A DNA stretch of 60,000 bases. Origin: Amphiscolops sp. MND2022. Taxonomy: Eukaryota. The position numbers and the translations under genes were made by a program. This document shows, piece after piece, positions 50,201-60,000 of this stretch (position 1 is the first letter of the stretch; each line of letters starts with the position of its first letter). The stretch covers positions 45,882,001-45,942,000 of the forward strand of contig OZ076409.1 of the NCBI GenBank assembly GCA_964187785.1. Direction: 5' to 3'. Under the pieces are notes generated by a model that did not search any database, was not told where the DNA came from, and saw only the letters and a list, made by a program, of their open reading frames with translations.

Positions 50201-53200
50201 CAAAAGGCTGTGCAGATGACTGCATCTTGCGTAACAGCCTCTGAAGATGATGCACTGGCAGAACAGATAAAAACGTGGTGGGACATAGAATCCTATGCGT
50301 CTCGCTGCGATGTGTCTGGAAGGTCCAAGGAAGTTGAGAAAAGGTTGCAAATGCTGGAACAAACCACAAAGTTTGATGGTGAAAGATATGAAGTTGGTCT
50401 TCTCTGGAAAAGAAATGACTTGAAAAGAAATTCACTTGTAAAGAAACCAGAGTTGAAGAAACTCTATCAAGACTCTATCAAAGTAGATGTTGAAAAGGGA
50501 TTCGTCAGAATCCTAAAGCAGGAAGAATTGGAAGCTACAAAACTGGAAAGACAGTGGTATGTTCCACATCACCCAGTAGAAAACCCAAACAAACCAGGAA
50601 AGGTGAGGCGAGTGTGCAACGCAGCATCCAAATTCCGTGGAATTTCCTTGAACGATAACCTCTTGACAGGGCCGGACCTACTACAGAATCTGATTGGAAT
50701 AATCTTCAGGTTTAGAGAACAAAGGATCGCCATCACCGCCGACATTGAGGCGATGTTCCTCCAGGTGAAAGTACCACCGGAAGATTGTAAAGTGTTGAGA
50801 TTTCTATGGAGAGACAATCAAAATGAACCCGTTAGGGGGTATGAATATGGAAGACATATCTTCGGAGCCAAAAGTTCGCCAACTTGCGCCAATTTTGCTC
50901 TGCAACAAGTTGCCAAAGATAACGCACACGAGTCCCCACAATTTACTAAACTGATAATGCGAAACTTCTATATGGATGACTTCGTCAAGTCTGTCCCCAG
51001 CGCGGAGCAGGTTATTGAAATCTACAATATGTTGAGAGCGATGTTAGAAAGGGGAGGCTTTCACTTAACAAAATGGATTAGCAACTGCGAACAGACTATG
51101 ACGTCTATCGACCAAGCAGACAAGTCACCGTCCTCTAGTAAAACCTTTGAAGCTGAACCGACTTCTCCATCAATCTTGGGACTGCAATGGAACGTTGACG
51201 CAGACAATCTGGAAGTCTGCAGAGGCATGCAGAAGGAGATACCGGTGAAGATAACGCAGCGAGCGGTGTTATCCCATGTTTCAGCAGTGTTCGACCCTCT
51301 GGGAATAGTGTCTCCTTTTACTATCAGAATGCGACTGCTACTAAAATCTATATGGAAGGAGAACGGACAGTCGTGGGATAAAGAACTGAATGAAGAAAAT
51401 CGACATGCATTCGAGAAATGGGCATCAGAGATGATTCGAGTGAATCAAATGGTCCTTAAAAGAACATACTTCGAGTCTGGAGTGATCAAAGTTGATCTAC
51501 ATATCTTCTCAGACACTTCGTTGGAAGCAATGTGTATGGTTGCCTATTTGAGAAAGCAAGAAAATGGCGAAGTGACCTTTGTGATTGGCAAATGTAGAGT
51601 AGCTCCAATACGAAACATGACAGTGGCTAAGTTGGAGATGCAGGCAGCAGTTTTTGGAGTAAGACTGCGAGAGCTTATTTTGGAAGAACATGATATTGAA
51701 GTAGACCAAATTGTACATTGGACAGATTCAACTACGGTCCTACAATGGCTTCACGCAAGCAACAACAAACAACCGGTCTTTGTGGCAAACTGCGTTTGTG
51801 AAATTCTCGAAAATTCAACTATCGATCAATGGCGGCATGTTGAAGGAAAACTGAATCCTGCTGACATTGGAACTCGGGGAATGACAGTTGAAGCCCTAAA
51901 AGAAAGTGAGTGGCTCACAGGGCCGGCCTGGCTCACCGAGACAGAGGTTGCCTGGCCTAAGGCGCCCGAAAAATTGCAATTCAGCATTCAAGAAGAGCAA
52001 GAACCAGTCCTGGAAGCTGCTGTAATGGAACCCGCATTCGAATGGGAAAGATTTGGGTCTTTCAAGAAAATGATTCGAGTGCTCTCATACTGCCTAAGAT
52101 GGAAGAAAAAGAATTCTGGAGAAATTCTAACAGTGGAAGAACTCAATGCGGCAAAACTGGCAATTTTGAAGCGTTGTCAGAGGGAAAGTTTTCATGATGC
52201 CTACGAGAAGATCTACAAAAGGCAGCCGTTGTCGGCTTCAGATCAATTAAATAAATTATCGCTGTTTCTGGACGAAAATGGATTGCTGCGACTACATGGC
52301 CGACTGCAGCATTCAAGATCAAGTTATGAGGTCAAACATCCGATCTTGTTGTCAGCAAAGCACTATGTAGTCATCAAGTTGATTGAAGATGCTCATCGAG
52401 CGAATTTTCATGAAGGCACAGAATACGTCAGAAGTGTTCTGAGGCAAGAATACTGGATTATTGGATTGCGAAACGCTTTGAGGAACGTCAAAGCGAAATG
52501 TGTTAAATGTAGAAAGCAACGAGCTGGAGTGTCTCAACCATTTATGACTGATTTACCGCGAGAGAGATTGCAGGAACGAGTATTCCCCTCTACCAACACT
52601 GGAGTTGACTATTTTGGTCCCTTTGAAGTGAAGTTTATGCGTAAGACCATGAAGAGATGGTGTTGTCTCTTCACATGTTTGACAACTAGAGCAGTACACA
52701 TTGAAGTCGTTCCATCTTTGGAAGCAGAGACCTGCTTAACTGCTATCACACGGTTTATTGCCCGTAGAGGTAAACCTGCTACAATTTTGAGCGATAATGG
52801 GACGAACTTCGTGAGTGCAGCCAAAGAAATGAGAGACTGTATAAATGCATGGAATCAGTCAGACATTGAGACGTCGCTAGCTCAAAAGGACATCAAATGG
52901 AAATTCAACCCTCCAGGAGCCCCTCATTTTGGAGGAATCTGGGAACGATTGGTTCGAAGTTGTAAAAAAGCGATGATAGCTGTATTGGATGGGTGATCCT
53001 TGACAGACGACGTCCTTATAACAACTATGTGTTTAGTAGAACAGACTTTGAATGCTAGACCACTGACTAGTGTTAGTGACGATCCGGATGACCTGGAAGC
53101 TTTGACATCGAACCACTTCTTATTGGGAAGAGCTAATTTAGCCACACCATTCCTACCAGTTGCTCAACGTTACACAGATTTGCGACGAGTATTTCGAGTG

Positions 53201-53563
53201 TCGCAAGCTTATTCAGATATGATTTGGACTAGATGGACTAAAGAATATATGCCGGAGTGGAATGTGCGTAATAAATGGAACAAAGATGACGTGAGACAGC
53301 TGAAAGTCAACGATTTGGTTTGGGTCGTGGATGAAAATGTGAAGCGGTCTAACTACAAGATGGCGAGAGTATTTGAAGTGCAAGAAGGAAGCGACGGCAG
53401 AGTTAGATCTGCGACAGTGGTAACAAAAGATGGCAAACTCAAAAGACCAGTAGTGAAACTGGCACCCCTATTTTTTGAGAGTGTTTTTCGGGAGAAAAAC
53501 AGTTCCGGCAATGTTGGCGCCAGTCAATTGCGAGATCAGAAACTCAAATCCGAACGTGACTGA
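47224..53563 (+). pseudogene. BEL/Pao gag-pol polyprotein, with two premature stops (48826, 52994) and one frameshift (~49900)
   Basis: Coiled-coil N-terminus; PKLKLAEFSGDPLEW (DUF1759-like); three Cys/His knuckles; protease LCDSGT; RT FYMDD; RNase H LHIFSD; INT GVDYFGP, SDNGTNF and GGIWERLV. The ORF runs into the 3' LTR. Confidence 0.96.
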
Positions 53564-54301
53564 TGAAACTTATATCTCAAAACTCTTCGAAAATTTATCA
53601 AGATTTTAGATGGAAAAATACAAGTCTAAGCAAAAATGACCCTATGTAAAAAAACACTACCCCCCCGTCCCGGTAAACCGCTCACTCAATCACCCTGAAA
53701 CTTGGCACACATATAGTGGTGGTGCTTCCCTAACTTTTCACTCTTAACAAGCTACCCCGTATCTCCCCTGGGTTCAGAGCAATTAACACGCAAAGAGACC
53801 TAGGTCGGACCCCTTGAATTACCCAATTTTTGATGTATCAATTATTATGTGATTTTCTCATATGACCTTGAAGGAAATTCATCTCTGTTGAAATTACTGA
53901 TTTTTACATTGTGTAAACATAGTTTCTAACCCACCTGACCAACATGCCAAAACCACCATATAGTTTGTTTACTTAGCCAATAACTTCATTTTATGCTCTA
54001 AATGTCATTTATTTATACAACATATTTCAACTGATATTTGCTTATATTTACTGTAGAATTGTCAACCACATGTATACCATTATTAGATAGAGATTTTAAC
54101 GACTGAATAGCTGTAGTCAAGTTGGGTCTTAGGACCATTTCAATTCTCAATTCATTTCTTCACCTCTTTTCGACTTTTCGCCAAAGACTTAGGGCGATTA
54201 AGTTAGTTACTCTCAACTTGTGGAGAATTGGACGTGTTAAGAGACAAGGAAGAAGTGCAATTCGGGATCATTGGATCCTACTAAGTCAAGATACAGTCCT
54301 T
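53512..54301 (+). repeat. 3' LTR, truncated by gap
   Basis: About 21 substitutions and one small indel versus the 5' LTR over ~790 bp (counted by eye). Preceded by GGGAGAAAAACAG. Confidence 0.95.
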
Positions 54302-54501
54302 NNNNNNNNNNNNNNNNNNNNNNNNNNNNNNNNNNNNNNNNNNNNNNNNNNNNNNNNNNNNNNNNNNNNNNNNNNNNNNNNNNNNNNNNNNNNNNNNNNN
54401 NNNNNNNNNNNNNNNNNNNNNNNNNNNNNNNNNNNNNNNNNNNNNNNNNNNNNNNNNNNNNNNNNNNNNNNNNNNNNNNNNNNNNNNNNNNNNNNNNNNN
54501 N
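54302..54501. other. Assembly gap (200 N)
   Basis: Run of N. Confidence 1.
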
Positions 54502-54930
54502 ACAAAATTTGCGCTTAAATAGGGGCCTTTTTATATGATTTTAGCTTGTTTCAAACGTGAATTTCTGTTATTTTGGACAATAATATCAAAGACATATGGT
54601 TATTTTTTTTACCTGAAGTTTCCAAACATTTGGAGAGACAATCCTCTAAGTGTATACATTCATATAATATTCTTTAATTGGTGAAATATTTTTATTCAAG
54701 AACAAAATGTGCTTTCGTGTTGGGGGAAATTCACAACAAGGTGTACCTGGGGGGAATAGATGACATGGTCCAATTCCTGTTTTTTGTCTTCCATTGGAAT
54801 GTGTAACCTGCAAGGTTCCATTGATATTTCTTCAGAGGTGCTAAATCATATCTTTTAGTTTGAGAGAAAATTTCTGACCGACTCCTGCAAGAGTTGAGCG
54901 AAAATCTACAAGTTTTACAGAATCCTTCAT

Positions 54931-55002
54931 CTAGGGGGATACTCTAGGGAGGGATACTCTAGAGGGATACTCTAGAATGTAGATCTTCTCTAGGGGATAC
55001 TC
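54931..55002 (+). repeat. Short tandem repeat GGGATACTCTA x4
   Basis: Directly visible. Confidence 0.75.
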
Positions 55003-55749
55003 GAACAATAGATAACATTTTTTATAAATCCTTCGTAAAATTTTGCTCCTGAGTCTTCTGTTTTGCCAAATTTTCGTCCTGAAAACGCTTTCAATATTTT
55101 GAAAGATCAACTTTTTTAAATTTTTATTGATTTTTTTTAGCTTGAGTGCTGCACATGAGGAAGAATGTAAAGGTTGGCATTATGTAGCCTCTGCGTTTAT
55201 AACAGCTAAAATTCGGTGAAAAAGGCATTTTGTATAAAACATCTGTGTGGTTCTCTACAAGCAGCCAACTTTGTATCGCTTGTGGCTTCCACTTTCAATC
55301 ATTTCACCTCAAGATCCAAACAACTTAAGCTACGATATAGAAGTTTCCATCACATGCGGTGGCTTGCCCCACCAAAGATTTATGTAATCCTTTGATGTAA
55401 CTACCACCTCACTTAAGAATTTTTGAGAAGTTTTGGACAATTTTTCAAGAAGGGAACGCATTAGAAATATGAAAAGAAAGAATTCAAGTACTTGATTGCT
55501 TCGTTTTAGAGTGTTTTTACCCTTTCATTTTCAATTTCGAAGCGGCTCGGACTTTTGAGAGAAAAAATCCGGTTCCGATCATTTTTACTTATCATTGCTT
55601 TGCGTATTCTATGAACAGTCAGAAAACACAACGTTCGAAGGTGAGCAGTGAAAAAATGTTTTTCGTGTAAGGTTCTTATACAATACAACTTTCGCATCTT
55701 GATCTAGGTTGTTATTTTTGTTTTCTTGAACAAAAAATTTCAGTTTTAG

Positions 55750-56385
55750 CACAGGAATTGTTTCCGTTTTCGCCTCCAGTTTCCGTAAATACGAGAAGCG
55801 CTGGTGGAAAACTCAAACGAACGTTTCCACTCGGGCTGGAGCAAAAGCGATTTCCTCTACGTGGTAAGAAAATTCCACTGCATGTACGTGGGTTCAAAAA
55901 CCACGATAAACAGGAAGTTTTTAACGCTTGCAAGTATATGGGGAAGGCCATAATCTACTGCATTTGCGTATTGTTTGAACATTCAGAAAACACAACATCC
56001 GAAAGTAAACAGTGCTCGAATATAAAAACTTTGAACAATTACTGAGCTTTTTCAACGCGATAGTTTCCAGCAATGTTTCTCTTCTGGAAAACAAGCTATG
56101 GAGATTGTGCGTGCAAGGTTCCCCTTTGCGTGCAAATTTGAACTACTTCGCTATCTTTTGTTTTCATTATCGAAAAATTTCAATTATACCACAGGAATTG
56201 TTTTTTGTTATATATTCCAGTTTCTCCAAATAGCTAATAGAAGCACAAGGATTTTCCACTTTGCCTGGAGGCAAACGCGAATTTCTCTACGTGGTGAGCG
56301 AATCACTATACATGTACGTGGTTTCAAGTCACAAGGTGAACCGTTTTTTTAAAATTTCAAAGTTAGGGGGAAGCCATATTTCTCC
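55750..56385 (+). repeat. Degenerate direct repeat, ~440-bp period
   Basis: ACAGGAATTGTTT...CTCTACGTGGT...CATGTACGTGG..TCAA at 55751-55950 and 56191-56380. Confidence 0.6.
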
Positions 56386-57300
56386 ACTTTTTTCTCCATA
56401 TTTCTCCATTTCTAGTTTCTTTTAGGTCCGGTGCGAAACACGAGGGACCACTTTTTTCATGAAACACGAGGGACCGTTTAATTACTAGCCAGGACGTGGA
56501 GTTTTGCGAGCATTAAGTACCGCTCTTTGAGCCTTGTGTGACTCATCGATGAAGGTTTTAATTTTTCAAATTCAATCACTTTTAAAGTCTTAAGGTGACT
56601 CCTTTGGTTCTTTTCGCTGGACCGTGGGACTGATGAGATCTTTTCTCAGGAATTTTTCCTGAATGAATGGAAAAACCGACTCTTTGGGCTCCGTCTAACT
56701 TTTCAGAGCATTTTCCTCTTCTCAATAGGTGTTCGCTACATCGATTTGTTTATTTCTTTCAAAGCATATTTCGAGACTGCTGGATTATTTTTGGTTTCAA
56801 TCGAATTTCTTTGAAGTGAAGAAAAAACTCATTATTTCAATTTTTCATTATGAAAAATCTTTCCTTGAACGAGTTTTGTCCTTGTAGGACTTTTCAAAAA
56901 TGTTTTTCATCATACATTTCCCCAAGCGTGGGAGTTCAGAACAAACTCAGTGTCAAGAAGCTTTTGAGATTTACAAATAAATAAAACCTCTTTTCTGTTA
57001 CTTTTTTGTCCAATTTTTATGTCTTTACAGCAGTAAATTGTATGCGTGATCAGGTTTTCAGATGACTAGAGGCATTTTAGCTGAGTCAATGCCATTGCTT
57101 TTTGTTTTCAAACAATTGAGTTTGGTAAGTGTCGCGTTTATTCCAAAGGCAATAGTTTACAAAAGTTGTTGCTGAAGCAGCCTAAGAGTGATGGTTTTAA
57201 ATTCAAGGTGTCAATATTGGTTTTGGCATAACAATCATTAATCATTCAAAACAATCTAAAAACAATTCACTGAAGAATCTGGGCACTAAAAACAGAAGTT

Positions 57301-57830
57301 AACAAGGCGAGAACGTCTAAAGTCAGCGCCCCCACTAAAACTCGAAATCAGCAAATTTTTCTGAATATGCTCAGGGCGTTTTCCACTGAAATCTCACAAA
57401 AATAAGAACGCCGAAAAGACACAAACTGAGCAGCCCGCATTCAAAAACTCTCCAATTGAAAACAACAGAAAGCTCCCAAACAGTTGAAAAACTATTTTCG
57501 AAAAATGTCGCACAGTACCGGAAAACTTGGAAATGGGACTTTTCAAGCTCCTGAAATGTATAGCTCTAAATGAAAGCATGAAAGCAGCGAATTTGATAGG
57601 GGGCTTTGTTAAAATGGGAAAAATTCCAAAAAAAAGTCGCAGACACTTTGGACCATCATAGTTTCGAACAGTCTGTAAAACATTGAAGAACACGAAAAAA
57701 AAACATTTGGCCTCTTGGGGTACGCCTTAGAACTAAGGCGTAAAGTCTGTTAAAACAGGACCTTTTTGTGTGATCTATGTTGTCTGGACAGCAACTGTAA
57801 TTGTCAGGCACATTTTCTTAATCAGCCTAT
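57301..57830 (-). mobile_element. Older HINE-like copy
   Basis: AACAAGGCGAGAACGTCTAAAGTCAGCGCC matches the terminus of 59453-59919; the other end is degenerate. Confidence 0.55.
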
Positions 57831-58665
57831 CAAAGTAATCACGAATTTTGGAGATTCTAAGCTTGCGAAAATTTTTTTTTCGATTAGGCTTGTTATGCTG
57901 GTTATCAGTTATGATCGAATTTTTCACGTTTGAAACTTTTTCTGGTAAGTCAAAACTTCCTAATTTTCAAAATCATAAACAACCTCCATAAATGAATTGC
58001 AACACTCATATGTAAACAAACTAGTTGCTTGTTGTCAAGGCTCAAACTTTTAGTTTGGATTGAAAATGTTTCGAAAAAAAAATTTGTCTCTAAAATAATG
58101 TACAAAAACGTGTTCATTTGACAAATTCTGATATTCTCCATTGATAGGATTGTATTCGATTTTGAAGGTCAATATGAAACCATGGGATTACTTCAATTCA
58201 GAAAACTGCTGTATTTTATTTAACAATGCGAAATTTTTAACAGCCTACAGTATTCGCAATTTCGAAGTTCAAGGTTCATTTGCCGCTAGCTTCTGACAAA
58301 TTTTCGAAACGTTTTGAGACAAAACTTGTCCAATTTCGGATCCTATCTGCACAACTACCTTGTTCAAGTACGCAGTAAATTACTTGATTCTGTTTGGGTC
58401 TATGCTAAATATACCGTAAAAATTTTCAAGTACGTTTAATGTACGAAACGGTTTGTCTTGGAAAGCAAGTTTTCAATAGTTTCAGTGTTGAGTTGATTAC
58501 GTTTTTGGTAAGCCAGTGAATTTTCTATATTTTAAAATTTGGAAATCATCAAATTCTGTTCGCTTTCTTGCTGTTGTATGTTTATAAACCCGACGTTTTC
58601 TCTTCAGTAACATAAACCACCTGTATCTGCAACATCCAATTAAAATACTGCGATATCAACACGAG

Positions 58666-58939
58666 ATGAACTTTTCTGATGTTCCAAATATCACTGCTGA
58701 CTATTCTCCACTGGATGATGTCATGAAAGAGGAGAAATTTGTTCTGTGGATGACGAAAGCGCTGACTTTGTCAACTACAATTCTGTCTGTTCTTGGTCTC
58801 TTATCGGATGCTATCGCGTTCCGTATCAGCTGGGGACTACCGGAGAAAAAATCAGCGAAATCTTTGATGCAAATGCAAGCGGCAGCGGATTGTTTTCAGA
58901 GTGTTTTCCTTTTTTTGGGAGCAATTTGGAGGCTGAAAG
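58666..58939 (+). CDS. First coding exon of a probable rhodopsin-family (class A) GPCR: N-terminus, TM1, ICL1, TM2
   Basis: NFS and NIT sequons, hydrophobic TM1 (ILSVLGLLSDAIAF), KKSAKSLM loop and QAAAD (LAxxD-like). AAG|GTGAGG donor after 58939. Confidence 0.7.
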
Positions 58940-59452
58940 GTGAGGCAAAAGTTCTCAAACTTCATTGAAATGTGTTGATGTTGTACTACACCTTCAACTA
59001 GATAGTCAAAGATTATCCTAAACTTAACTTTCATGGTTTAAAAAGTCTAGTTACACATTGAAAACGCAATCACAGAAACTGAATATACACTACGTTAACA
59101 AAAGTTTTCGCATACCTAGTATTTTCTCGAATTTTTAGCTATGAAAACAATTTTCTGGAGGAATTGAGTGCAACGCGACTCAATGAAAGGCATCGGAGGT
59201 ACCAAAATTCACAAATCCAGAAAAAACCTAATACCAAAAACTGGTTGATTGAACCTGGCGTATCTCTTCAAAAAGTTTGTGAAAAAGTTTTCATAGAGGA
59301 TTATCGTGCTTACTGCTTTGATTGAAAAAAAGTGCTGTACGTAAACTATTAGAAGGCAACTGTACGTGGACTGTCATTTGATTCAAGGTTATCATATTGA
59401 ACTGCTAAAAGTGCGGCTAGCAATTGAACATGATTTTTTTGGTTGTTCCATG

Positions 59453-59919
59453 TTTTTAGTCGGCGCCTTTTCCCTTAAGGAAAAAAGCCCGACTCTTACA
59501 GTGAGTAGTTTTTTTTTTGTTTTTTTCAGTTGACAATCTCACTCTGAGTGGTCCACTTTTCTTACAATTCTTACAATTTTCAAAATCTTACAATTATTAC
59601 TTAGCAAAATTAAAATACTGGCGCAAAAGTAGTTTTTATATCATCTAAGGGTCCCCAAAGGGTATTTTCGGCACTGTGCGACTTTTTTTCGAAAAAATTT
59701 TTATTGTTCCAAAAGGGTCCCCCCTTCGAGTTTTTTCATATTTTGCAACTGAATGTATGTTAATACATCACAAAGGGTCCCCCCTTTTACATTTTTCGGC
59801 ACTATGCGACTTTTTTTGAAAGAAATTTTTTTCAAAAATTCATGTTTTTTTCCAAAAAAAAATTTTTGCGCTTTTTGAGCCTTAGATATGGCGCCGACTT
59901 TGGACGTTCTCGTCTTGTT
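59453..59919 (+). mobile_element. Complete HINE/DINE-1-like non-autonomous Helentron element
   Basis: T-run, subTIR AGTCGGCGCC (59458) with partial IR ending at 59494, 3' subTIR GGCGCCGACT (59890), hairpin GGACG-TTCT-CGTCT, and a TGTT end. Confidence 0.8.
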
Positions 59920-60000
59920 AAATTATATTGTTAGTACCAGAATTTCAGACGGCATAATTAGTAGGAAAGGGAAAGGGTGTCCGAGTATATCAGTAAGTAA

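Larger units (their letters stand above)
45886..54301 (+). mobile_element. Near full-length BEL/Pao LTR retrotransposon
   Basis: Two highly similar LTRs, a PBS, and gag-pol with all BEL domains. The 3' end is lost in the assembly gap. Confidence 0.97.

Noticed and set aside
54122..54538. ORFs spanning the N run
   Set aside because: Artefacts of the assembly gap.

Overview
This is an AT-rich animal (invertebrate-like) genomic window. Almost all of 1-54300 is nested, mostly decayed LTR retrotransposons: four Ty3/Gypsy pol relics (A-D) and BEL/Pao elements. The BEL/Pao set comprises one near-intact copy at 45886-54301, a tandem LTR-sharing pair, a shrunken non-autonomous copy and a solo LTR. 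Non-autonomous DNA elements are also present: Helentron/HINE-like copies, a CCC-ended CACTA/EnSpm-like element with a 2-bp TSD, and a TA-flanked MITE. After a 200-N gap lies the first coding exon of a probable class A GPCR. The most notable signal is downstream of Gypsy D pol: a minus-strand cassette (41465-45885) of well-preserved unknown ORFs separated by AT-rich, phase-compatible GT-AG introns. A diverged homologous cassette in the same order and orientation lies downstream of Gypsy B pol (16386-18180). Two GC-rich, foldable RNA islands and an env-like (Cys/Trp-patterned) fragment accompany these Gypsy elements. All alignments, counts and folds were done by eye.
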